Virus record (IMG/VR): IMGVR_UViG_3300037245_000806
Span: 1-64,000 of that record
Reading direction: 5' to 3' (one strand)
Source of the DNA: a virus
DNA length: 64,000 nucleotides
Positions 37,272 to 45,557 of this stretch are shown piece by piece. The position numbers and the translations under genes are program-made. Within the stretch, counting starts at the first letter, position 1; the number at the start of each line of letters is the position of its first letter. The notes below the pieces were generated by a model. It saw nothing but the letters and a program-made list of their open reading frames with translations, did no database searches and was not told the origin of the DNA.

Positions 37272-37694
37272 TTACGCGCGTCCGTTTCCATTCAGTATGT
37301 TCTTGACAAGAACGATGTCAAAACCCTGATCCTTCAGCCATGCGTAGAAGGTACTCACTTCGAGTCGCGGCTCGTCGAGACCGAACGGCTTTATCAGCCC
37401 TTCGGGGTCACCGAAGACTTTCTGGTCGAGGAACACGCGCCCGTAAAGATGCCCGTCCTTCTGCTCGTCGTCGATATGTATCAGGATATTCTTGCCACCC
37501 AGCAGGACCACAAGACAATGCTTCGCCTTGCTAACGAGTGTCTTTGGGATGTCTGCACGGTCGATACCTTCGAGGACAACGGTCTTCTTCACGGATATCC
37601 CGAAGCCGAGGTCAATGTCAACTTCAACGCAATTGACAGAGCGCACACGGAACGTGCGCCCACGATAAAGACGTGTCGGAAGCACCGTGTTCAT
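37272..37694 (-). CDS. staphylococcal nuclease-like protein, catalytic residues degenerate
   Basis: Y....RV...VEVDIDLGFGI....V.L.GID. Confidence 0.6.
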   Translation of the reverse strand: MNTVLPTRLYRGRTFRVRSVNCVEVDIDLGFGISVKKTVVLEGIDRADIPKTLVSKAKHCLVVLLGGKNILIHIDDEQKDGHLYGRVFLDQKVFGDPEGLIKPFGLDEPRLEVSTFYAWLKDQGFDIVLVKNILNGNGRA

Positions 37695-38266
37695 GCTCCG
37701 TGCCTCCTGTGTTCACAGTTGATTGCCATGTACAGCCTCACGTTCGTGTTCTTCCAATAGCCCACACGGTCGATCTGAAGGAAGGTGTACTCGTCACCGT
37801 CCCATGACACGTAGTCACCCTGCTGCATCGTAACCCCCGCCTTGTCGAGGAGCGTGAGCGGGATGAAAAGCAGGAGGTCACGTATCTTGTCGAATCCGTA
37901 CTTCTTCAATTCAAGCTCATGTGCCTCACGCTGAACACGGAAGTTAAGCTTCACGGGGTCGCGGAAAAGCTCCGTGTCCGCAGCGTCCGCAACGCCATCG
38001 CCGTGGGGTTGCTTCCACCCCGTTACCGCCATGCTCTCCGGTACCGACTCGCCCCACACGGGGTCAAACTGCGTATTGCCCGGCTCGCCGGTTGGCTGGT
38101 CGGGGTCAGTCATGGGCGTCGTGGCTTTCTTGAGCCCGTAGTAATCAAGCTCTGGGAAGTGCCGAAGCCACTTGGACTCGATCTGCCGCAACACGTTGAC
38201 AATATCTTTGCCATAGGCCTTGGGCCATGTGGCAGAGATCAACGGGTCAGGTGGAAGATAGCTCAT
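37691..38266 (-). CDS. neck / head-closure protein (gp14-like)
   Basis: DPVWGE, LKKYG, GDYV.W; neck position. Confidence 0.65.
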   Translation of the reverse strand: MSYLPPDPLISATWPKAYGKDIVNVLRQIESKWLRHFPELDYYGLKKATTPMTDPDQPTGEPGNTQFDPVWGESVPESMAVTGWKQPHGDGVADAADTELFRDPVKLNFRVQREAHELELKKYGFDKIRDLLLFIPLTLLDKAGVTMQQGDYVSWDGDEYTFLQIDRVGYWKNTNVRLYMAINCEHRRHGA

Positions 38267-38805
38267 TTGAACACCGCCGGGAACCTCTTCTTCATGCGAG
38301 TGCGCACGCGCTTCATCACACGCTTGCGCACTCCGGGGGCCTGCCCTCGCATCACGTCATAATAGGGCTTCCAGTGCCTGCGCCTTGGAATGTGCATCTT
38401 GACCGACCCGTATTCGTGTACGCGGGCCAGCTTCCACAGCGGATACGGAACCTTCTTGCCCTTACTGTTCTGAGCCATCGTCAGCCGGTCGAAGCCCACA
38501 CGGAACCGCATGCGATACTTCGACTGATGCTCGCGGAAGACCTGTATCGAATCAAGGTAGTGACGCGTGCGAATCATCACGCGCGGGTCGAGTCCTGCCT
38601 TGATCTTCGCGGCCCTGTACTCCGGGTTGAGGGGTGCGGCGTTGAAGTCCTCGAAGCCCTGTCGCTTGACACGATTGACAAAGCCTACCCGCGAGCTATC
38701 CGCGAAGCTTGACACCTCCGCTTCCGTCTCCTGCACAGCAACTTCAGCCAGCACCGTCACAATGCGACGGAAATTCGGTATGTGCGGTTTCTTCGGCCCA
38801 CCCAC
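38263..38805 (-). CDS. virion morphogenesis / tail completion protein
   Basis: PL..EY...K, ARVHEYGS...IPRR.HW.P. Confidence 0.65.
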   Translation of the reverse strand: MGGPKKPHIPNFRRIVTVLAEVAVQETEAEVSSFADSSRVGFVNRVKRQGFEDFNAAPLNPEYRAAKIKAGLDPRVMIRTRHYLDSIQVFREHQSKYRMRFRVGFDRLTMAQNSKGKKVPYPLWKLARVHEYGSVKMHIPRRRHWKPYYDVMRGQAPGVRKRVMKRVRTRMKKRFPAVFK

Positions 38806-38816
38806 AGCGCACCTCG

Positions 38817-38829
38817 TAACACAGTGTTA
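38817..38829. promoter_or_regulatory. palindromic operator-like site 9 (TAACACAGTGTTA)
   Basis: overlaps upstream stop and abuts GAGGTG RBS. Confidence 0.75.
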
Positions 38830-39591
38830 CCCAATAATCGGGTTGATGGGGACCATTCGCAGCTTGATCTCCTCGATCAGCTTCTCCTGATCCGTGCGAC
38901 CCTCCTCCTGAAGCTCAGCGTAGTCATTGTCCTCAACGCTGCCGTCAGGCATGTTGACGCCGTGGTACTTGCCACGAATGCGCCCGAGTATCTGCTTCAC
39001 GAGCGCGGTGACGAACTGCAATATCCAATCCACGTCGCCATTCGGGACGAACTGCATCCCGGTGTCCTTGTCGTTGTCAGGCGTCACGTGCCACGTGTAC
39101 GTGTAAGAGCACAGGTAATTCACGTTCGGCGAAACGTCGAGGAAGAGGTACAGCTTGTTGTCGCGCTCCCACTCGACGTGGAACTCGGGCTCTGAACTCG
39201 TCACCTGCCGCGCCTGTTCGAGGTAATCCAGCTGCTGCGCGAAGGCACCGTATGTGTCCCCGGAGCCTAGCAGCTGCCCGAATCGATATGAGTACGGGTT
39301 AAATGGATCGATGTCGCCTGTGTGGACGGTCGCGTTGACGAACTGAACGCGCGTGATCCCAGCGATACCCGCGTGATCGATGGGGCCATACTTCTTCTGC
39401 GCGGAAGTAATCGGGATGGCTTGGTTGGCGTGCTGAGGCCTGTAGCGATTGTATTCGCCAATGGCCTCGTCTAGACAGGAAAGCACGTCCTCATCGTCGG
39501 TCTCGACGTCAACGCCCGTGCAACTGGACGCGCCGAGCCGACGATTCACATGCTCCGTTATCTTGGACCGCTTGAGTCGATTGTTCGGCAC
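38827..39591 (-). CDS. neck / head-tail adaptor (T4 gp13-like)
   Basis: RRLGA..VDVE, WILQFVTALVKQILGRIRGKY..MPDG. Confidence 0.8.
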   Translation of the reverse strand: MPNNRLKRSKITEHVNRRLGASSCTGVDVETDDEDVLSCLDEAIGEYNRYRPQHANQAIPITSAQKKYGPIDHAGIAGITRVQFVNATVHTGDIDPFNPYSYRFGQLLGSGDTYGAFAQQLDYLEQARQVTSSEPEFHVEWERDNKLYLFLDVSPNVNYLCSYTYTWHVTPDNDKDTGMQFVPNGDVDWILQFVTALVKQILGRIRGKYHGVNMPDGSVEDNDYAELQEEGRTDQEKLIEEIKLRMVPINPIIG

Positions 39592-39627
39592 AGTACACCT
39601 CCCGGTTAGCCGTCAGCGGGAAGCGCC

Positions 39628-40101
39628 CTACGCCTCGGGGTCGCCCTCGCCACCCTCGCCCGCAGCGGCTTCCTCAATATCGGCGATGCGCTTCTCGATG
39701 GCGTCGAGTGCGCCCTTGCGGGCTTCACCCTCAAGCTCGATGGAGAGCCACGAGTTGAGTTCCTCGACGTCGTCCATCTTGGCGACCATCTCCTTGATGA
39801 GAGGGATGGTGTAGTCGCTCACCGTCTCGACTTCGGGAGCGCCAGAGCCGCCGTCACCTGTGCCTTTACCATCCGCTTCACCCTTGTCAGAAGCCTCCGG
39901 GGCAGGCTTGGCTTCTTGGGGACAGGGAAACAAGGGGCCTTGCGAGCTGACGAACTGCTCGTAGTGCGCTCCCGTCACGGAGTAGATGCCATCGCCACCG
40001 GCCTTGCGCTTCTCCCATGGGGCAACTCTGACAGGACGCCGCTCTTCATTGAATATCTGGACGGGAGCGTCTTGCAGGTTGACGAACACTTGGTCCGACA
40101 T
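39628..40101 (-). CDS. hypothetical protein after capsid gene
   Basis: ATG 40101; C-terminal helical E..G..RK..LDAIEKR module. Confidence 0.7.
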   Translation of the reverse strand: MSDQVFVNLQDAPVQIFNEERRPVRVAPWEKRKAGGDGIYSVTGAHYEQFVSSQGPLFPCPQEAKPAPEASDKGEADGKGTGDGGSGAPEVETVSDYTIPLIKEMVAKMDDVEELNSWLSIELEGEARKGALDAIEKRIADIEEAAAGEGGEGDPEA

Positions 40102-40146
40102 GGTAAGACCCCTTTCACAGACTGCCGATAGCAGTTGTCCTCGACT

Positions 40147-40204
40147 TGACAACCCTCACATCAGAGGGTCGCCAAGGCGAGGGGGTGGTTTCCCACCCCC
40201 TGCC
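40147..40204 (-). terminator. tandem hairpins after capsid gene
   Basis: GGGGGTGG-GAAA-CCACCCCC and GGCGACCCTC-TGATGT-GAGGGTTGTC; no U-tract. Confidence 0.45.
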
Positions 40205-40218
40205 AAGGAACGCGGAGC

Positions 40219-41730
40219 TTACACTCCGAGGTCGATCCTGACGTACATCAGGTTGTTGACCATCTTGGTGGCGTACCGGGACGCCATGCCCTTCTGCGTG
40301 ATGAAGTCCGCAGTCTGCAAGGACTCGGTGCTGTAGAGCAGCTGGTACGGGCTCCACACCATCCCGGCCTCGAAGAACTGCGAGCCCTTGAAGCCCATGA
40401 GGATGTTGCCGTAATCCGAGGCACCGACTTCCTTGTCGAGGTGCAAGTCCTTGTAGACCCTGTACTTCTTCAGGAGCGTCCCGATGAAGTGCAGACCCTG
40501 CACGTTCGACGGGCGAGGTGCCGCGACGAACATGCCCTGAGGGAGCGACTCGATGACGTTCGACGCGCCCTCATCGACGACCAGCCAGTTGCCGTAGCCC
40601 TTCTGCGTCCGTGCCCAGATGCGGTTGGACGCCTGATGGAGGACATAGCCGATGTCCTTGAAGTGGTCCTGCTGGTTGTATCCGGGCGTCGAGGGCGGCG
40701 TGATGGGGAACGACGCGACGACCGGCGCGACGACCCACATCTCGTGGATGATCTGCCGGGCGATCTCGAAGTTCATCTGCTCTGCCGCGCCGGAAACGAG
40801 GTTGGGCTCAAGGCTCACCCCGAACTCGGCCATGATGTCCTGCATGGACTCCATGCTGTAGTTGATGAGGATCGCACGACGCTCTGTCTCGACGGTGGAG
40901 GTGATAATCTGCACGTCCACCTGAGGCGTGAGCTTCGACCCTTCCGAGTCCCAGCGGTACGTTGCGGTCGCCGGGGTCGTGGTGAAGGTCGTCGTGTCGA
41001 TGACGATCTCCCAGACGCCGGTCTTGTAGTCGATGACGCTGGACACGATGGAGAAGCCAGTGCCGCCGGAAAGAATGAAGGCACCCTGCGAGTTGTCATT
41101 GAACGTGACAGTTGCAGCACCTGCGGTGATCTGTGCGGTGAGCTTCACGGTGCCGGGGCGAACGCCGCCGCCGTCGTGCTGCTTGAGCGTGCCACCGATG
41201 GTCGTGCCAGCGCTGCCGAGCGTGGCGACGGTCTCGATGTCGATGACTTCGTTGGAGAAGTTGAAGCCAGCGTCCTGCTTACCGGTCTGCGCGTCGAAGA
41301 GGCGCATGCCCTGATGGTACGAGCCCTTGCCCTTGCCGACGATCCAGTTCCAGTACACGATGGTCGCGTTCCGGCGAGTCGTGGGCTGGACCGACACGAG
41401 GTCGTTGATCGGGTTCGTCGGGAAGGCGGCGCGGATGATGGGGAAGATGTAGTCGGAGAAGCCGCCGACCATTGCGGAGCGGGTGACCTCGTCGATCACG
41501 AACCGACCCTGAGGGTCGAGCCTCTTCCGGCACTTCGTCGCCATCCAGCGCTTCGCGTTTTCGAGCATCAGCGCCGTCTGCGAACGCAGGTTGTCGTCGG
41601 GGATGCGGAGGTCCGCGTCGTCGGACTCGGAGAAATACTCCTGCCAACCGCCCTCTGCTTCCGGCGTATCCGCGAGGCGAAGACCCGCCTCGATCATGCC
41701 CTCGTAAAGTCCGTCATTTCCCAGAATCAT
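40219..41730 (-). CDS. major capsid protein (T4 gp23-like)
   Basis: FPIIRAAFP..DLVSVQP, YSMESMQD, EIARQII, GFKG..FEAG..SPY, SRYA. Confidence 0.95.
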   Translation of the reverse strand: MILGNDGLYEGMIEAGLRLADTPEAEGGWQEYFSESDDADLRIPDDNLRSQTALMLENAKRWMATKCRKRLDPQGRFVIDEVTRSAMVGGFSDYIFPIIRAAFPTNPINDLVSVQPTTRRNATIVYWNWIVGKGKGSYHQGMRLFDAQTGKQDAGFNFSNEVIDIETVATLGSAGTTIGGTLKQHDGGGVRPGTVKLTAQITAGAATVTFNDNSQGAFILSGGTGFSIVSSVIDYKTGVWEIVIDTTTFTTTPATATYRWDSEGSKLTPQVDVQIITSTVETERRAILINYSMESMQDIMAEFGVSLEPNLVSGAAEQMNFEIARQIIHEMWVVAPVVASFPITPPSTPGYNQQDHFKDIGYVLHQASNRIWARTQKGYGNWLVVDEGASNVIESLPQGMFVAAPRPSNVQGLHFIGTLLKKYRVYKDLHLDKEVGASDYGNILMGFKGSQFFEAGMVWSPYQLLYSTESLQTADFITQKGMASRYATKMVNNLMYVRIDLGV

Positions 41731-41758
41731 AGCCTAACTCCCTTTTCCTTGACGTTTC

Positions 41759-43363
41759 TTAGCTACTCGGTGCCGCCATCTTTCTGACGGCCCCACCAGC
41801 CATACGTGCCCCACGGCTCGGGTTGACTCCTTGACGCTGCGGACCACCGCTAACGTCAGACTCGACAACCATACCGCGCGCGGGTAGCGCACGACTCACA
41901 ACAGGTTTCGGCGGCGTCACAGAATTCCGGGCCGCTTGCCTCTTGGCGGCGACCGCAGGAAGAAGCTCTTCAGCAAGCTCAATGACCGCGTCGGCATCCA
42001 CTGCCTTTTCAAGCGCAGAGCGGAAGTCTTCAAGGCCAGCGACCTCATTGATTGCTTCGTCCACGGCTTTCTGCTTCGCGTCATCAACCTCTACAGTGGA
42101 TTGCGAGGATATCACATCCCGCGCAATGGAAAGCATCCCACGAACACGCTCAAGTTCGGCCTTCGCGTCTTCAAGGTCTTCCTCAAACGTGTCGTCGTCG
42201 GACATGCGTGCGGCTTCGAGTTCCTCTTGCGTAGTCTCCAATTCGGCCCGGAGACTCTCAACTTCCTCAGAGGCGCTTTCGACTTGGCCCTGAAGGTCAT
42301 TGATCACGCTTTGGGCTGCCTCATCCTGCTCGGGGTCACCGTCTGCAACGATGTTGGCGAGGACTTCGTCAATGTCCGTCAACGCAGTGTCCGGGCTGGC
42401 CTCATGTGATTCCTTCAGCGTTCGGACCAACCAGTCCTGAAGCTCGGTGACATCTTCGTCCGACATGCCGTTCGAGCGTCCGAGGCTGTTGACTCGGCTG
42501 AGTTGACCCATGAGATCAGACATGAACTTGCGCCGGGTGGACTCGTCAAGGCCCTCCACGTCAATCTCGCGCAAACTTGTGACTTCCGCAAGACAGGACT
42601 TCGCATCCTCAGTGAGGCTACTCGGTCCGTTCGCACTCTCCGTGGTACGCTTCCCCTTTCCTCCGGTAGGTTGCGGATAAGCTCCGGGTGTGGAAGGGCG
42701 CATCACAGCGTCAAAGGTAACGAGTTGGAAATCAGACTCATTCACCTTGCCGCCGTCGTCAACAGAGCCATTGCCCCGCGACGATACACCCCACCTGACC
42801 TTCTTACGTGTGTACTCCTGAAGAATGAGACCGTTGGGGGTGTCCAAAAGCTCGGAGGCACCCCATACCACGCCGTCTTCTCGAAGGCGTAGGCTCCGGG
42901 TGACAATCGCGCCTTCCTTGCCATCCATGCGGCCATCCGCAGGATGCTCAAGGTGCCCGACCATGCCACCGGCTTTGATATTCTGCTGAGCGTCACTCGA
43001 CTCGTTGCCGACGATGCGCTCCCATATCTTGCGTGAGTAGGTTCGACCATTCGCGTTCTTGGTATCGGAGCGCTGGTACGGACCTTCGACGATCCAGACG
43101 CCGTCCTTCACCGTCTTGATGGGCTTGCCGCCGACCACGCGCTCGACAAGCTCAAGGTCTTCAAAGTTCTCGACGATGTCAACCGACTCGTCAATTGACT
43201 CAATGAGAAGTTGCGTAGATTCGCCTAGCGCGAACCACGCCTTCTTGCCCTGCTTAACGCAGATGACTTCGGGGATAGAAAAAACGCAGGCTCCTGCATC
43301 GCCGAAGCCTGAGTCAAGGCCTTCACATATGGGACCGAAGGCTTGGGAGATTTTGGGGTCCAT
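41759..43363 (-). CDS. prohead protease (T4 gp21-like) fused to acidic coiled-coil scaffold
   Basis: NANGRTY, GHLEHP, LDTPNG, GVSSRGNGS, FDAV..PSTPGAY; GAGGAGGAG RBS. Confidence 0.9.
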   Translation of the reverse strand: MDPKISQAFGPICEGLDSGFGDAGACVFSIPEVICVKQGKKAWFALGESTQLLIESIDESVDIVENFEDLELVERVVGGKPIKTVKDGVWIVEGPYQRSDTKNANGRTYSRKIWERIVGNESSDAQQNIKAGGMVGHLEHPADGRMDGKEGAIVTRSLRLREDGVVWGASELLDTPNGLILQEYTRKKVRWGVSSRGNGSVDDGGKVNESDFQLVTFDAVMRPSTPGAYPQPTGGKGKRTTESANGPSSLTEDAKSCLAEVTSLREIDVEGLDESTRRKFMSDLMGQLSRVNSLGRSNGMSDEDVTELQDWLVRTLKESHEASPDTALTDIDEVLANIVADGDPEQDEAAQSVINDLQGQVESASEEVESLRAELETTQEELEAARMSDDDTFEEDLEDAKAELERVRGMLSIARDVISSQSTVEVDDAKQKAVDEAINEVAGLEDFRSALEKAVDADAVIELAEELLPAVAAKRQAARNSVTPPKPVVSRALPARGMVVESDVSGGPQRQGVNPSRGARMAGGAVRKMAAPSS

Positions 43364-43670
43364 CCGTCTCCTCCTCAAAGCTCACTCTCGCAGTGCGGTC
43401 ACCCCCGCGAGGGAACACTGCAACTGCACGGCCAGTGACGAGTGAAGCCTTAACGGCTCCGAACTCTTTCGCTATGTCAATGGCCCGGTCACCAAGTTCG
43501 CTGCAACCCCACCGCCTGAAACATGCACGCGCGGCAGGGATATCGCCACTGAGGTTGTAGCTGCTCGCGTCCGCGTCTTGGATGTGGAGGATGAAAACAT
43601 GCTTGTCCCGATTCCACTCCAAGGCGAAGACCTCACCGGGTAACTTATCCGGCAGAGGTGCTTCAGCCAC
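43323..43670 (-). CDS. hypothetical protein
   Basis: GTG with GGGAGG RBS. Confidence 0.6.
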   Translation of the reverse strand: MAEAPLPDKLPGEVFALEWNRDKHVFILHIQDADASSYNLSGDIPAARACFRRWGCSELGDRAIDIAKEFGAVKASLVTGRAVAVFPRGGDRTARVSFEEETDGPQNLPSLRSHM

Positions 43671-43764
43671 GTACAGCCTCCCTCACTCGTCGTCAGGCTT
43701 CGCGCCCCTCGGTGTCTCGCACGAAGGACACGCTGAGGGATAGCGACCCGGATAGATCGGCAGC

Positions 43765-43805
43765 GGAAAACCGCAACCGCAAATTTCTCGGTTGCGGTTG
43801 CGGTT
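43765..43805 (-). terminator. 14-bp hairpin of AACCGC repeats, terminator-like
   Basis: AACCGCAACCGCAA-9-TTGCGGTTGCGGTT followed by TT. Confidence 0.55.
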
Positions 43806-43834
43806 CAACGCCTTCAAGACTCCGTTTGTCAGTT

Positions 43835-44281
43835 TCACGCTTCTGCCCTCGACTCCCACCGCTGAAGGTCGTCAGTCCATGACACGATGGCGAGCCTGCC
43901 ATGCTGCGCTTTGCTCACCGCGTCGGCCTTGAAGCGGAGGTAGCTGTCGCCAGCTGTGAGTTCGCCGGGCTCGATGGCAAAGACAACGCGGGCACCGGGG
44001 ACCACGACCACGCTTGTGACCTCGCTGCCGAGGTTACGTATTTCGATGCCCGAGTACGCGTCAACCTTACCATCGTCGTCTGACTCCTCCACAGAGAAAG
44101 TGAAGGGTTCATCACCGAGGTTATCGACCATGCCGAAGAGGGGCGCAACAAGCCCGTCCGCTTCAGCCCGGCCAAGCAACTTGAGCCCGCCGATGACCGG
44201 CTCCAACGCTGCGGGGGTACCGGCGACCTCACCGACTTCAAAGGTCTCTATTCTCGGTAGCAACTCGGTCGGCACAGTCAT
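43835..44281 (-). CDS. beta-rich hypothetical protein, possible head decoration
   Basis: 148 aa; motif spacing resembles 44341..44709. Confidence 0.6.
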   Translation of the reverse strand: MTVPTELLPRIETFEVGEVAGTPAALEPVIGGLKLLGRAEADGLVAPLFGMVDNLGDEPFTFSVEESDDDGKVDAYSGIEIRNLGSEVTSVVVVPGARVVFAIEPGELTAGDSYLRFKADAVSKAQHGRLAIVSWTDDLQRWESRAEA

Positions 44282-44340
44282 GATTCATCCCCTCGCGTTA
44301 CAAGCGCACGCAGAAGCCAGACACTACACCTGAAACGCGC

Positions 44341-44709
44341 TTAAATCTTCAGCGTTTCGAGGTTCATGTCGGCACGAATCTGCACCTGCAAGCGCGTCTC
44401 GCCGAGGCCGACGACCCGCATGTGCGTGTCCACGCCCTCGCGGAGGAGGAGCGTATAGTCGCGATGCTCGACCTGCGGAATCACCTCGTCAACCACGCCC
44501 TTGAGGTTGTCGGCGTCCGTGGTGTCGGCCCACGTGCTGCCATCGGGAGAAACCTGCACGGAGACGGTGCCGTCGTAAAGGCCCTCTGCGTTCTCGAATC
44601 GCATCGAGACCTTTCCGCCATGGACGACGCGGAACTTGAGGACTTCACCCTCGGTGGCCGGAAGGCCAACGTCGAAATTCTGCACCGCAGCAACCTGACT
44701 CTTCGGCAT
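44341..44709 (-). CDS. beta-rich hypothetical protein, possible head decoration
   Basis: VQVSPDGSTWAD; AAGGAGG RBS. Confidence 0.65.
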   Translation of the reverse strand: MPKSQVAAVQNFDVGLPATEGEVLKFRVVHGGKVSMRFENAEGLYDGTVSVQVSPDGSTWADTTDADNLKGVVDEVIPQVEHRDYTLLLREGVDTHMRVVGLGETRLQVQIRADMNLETLKI

Positions 44710-44729
44710 GACCGACCTCCTTCTTCCCG

Positions 44730-44742
44730 TGACACAGTGTTA
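44730..44742. promoter_or_regulatory. palindromic operator-like site 10 (TGACACAGTGTTA)
   Basis: between promoter and RBS. Confidence 0.75.
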
Positions 44743-44759
44743 CCTAACTACGAGTCCGA

Positions 44760-44797
44760 ATAATAGGTGGGGGGTAGTAGTTTGTCCAGCGTATTTT
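44760..44797 (-). promoter_or_regulatory. promoter for head operon
   Basis: AAAATACGC-TGGACA-17-TATTAT. Confidence 0.6.
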
Positions 44798-44828
44798 CGC
44801 CATTTTGTTGACGCTATGTCACGAGGAT

Positions 44829-45557
44829 TTAGCGCTGACGATTGACAATGTCATCGACATAGCCGGTTGTCATCTCGATCTTTCCGGCCTCAAGTGACGC
44901 GGGGATGGGAAGGCGCTGCTCGATCAACCACGCGAAGAAGTCTTCCATGTCTGGCCTGTCTTCGTTGGAACTCCACTGCTCCGCGAAGACCTGAAGCCAC
45001 TCACTGGAACCGCCCACAGCAGCATTCCCATACTCGTCTATGGCGAGCACAGCCTTGGACCCCTGCACGGAATTCAGGAAGATTCGACCAACCTTGCGAA
45101 GGCCGCTATTGCGCTCCTGTAGTTCCTTCACGACGTCAATCTCAGGTCGTGCGTTGACTGCCTCGATCCATGGGCTGATGTCAATGCCATCGCCGAGTGA
45201 CTCCTGAAGATTCGCCAACGCAGTCAGGTACTCACTGCGATGCAGGTCTGTGTTTTCGCGTGCGCTCACGATACGTGCGGCCATATCGGCATCCGCAGCC
45301 CCGGCCAACACAATGTCCTTCGCGTCACCCATTGCCCAGCTATACGGCTCTTCCCCGACAAGTGGAGGTATGGGCTCGAACTCGTCATACGCGACTTCCA
45401 AGCCCTCACCCAACGCCCACGAAATTGTCCACCAATGTGCCCACAGAACCACAGACACGCCCTCGGAGGAGAGCGCGAAGTCAACCGGAACATCTTCCTC
45501 GTAGTACGGGGAGTGCAATTGGAGCCCACGCATGCTCGCCTGAACAAGGTCTATCAC
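44829..45557 (-). CDS. acidic hypothetical protein
   Basis: GTGA overlap with the giant ORF. Confidence 0.7.
   Translation of the reverse strand: MIDLVQASMRGLQLHSPYYEEDVPVDFALSSEGVSVVLWAHWWTISWALGEGLEVAYDEFEPIPPLVGEEPYSWAMGDAKDIVLAGAADADMAARIVSARENTDLHRSEYLTALANLQESLGDGIDISPWIEAVNARPEIDVVKELQERNSGLRKVGRIFLNSVQGSKAVLAIDEYGNAAVGGSSEWLQVFAEQWSSNEDRPDMEDFFAWLIEQRLPIPASLEAGKIEMTTGYVDDIVNRQR

Noticed and set aside
43686-43840. Possible hammerhead ribozyme (CTGACGA and GAAAC on minus strand)
   Set aside because: Stem II flanks are not complementary and the core cannot be assembled
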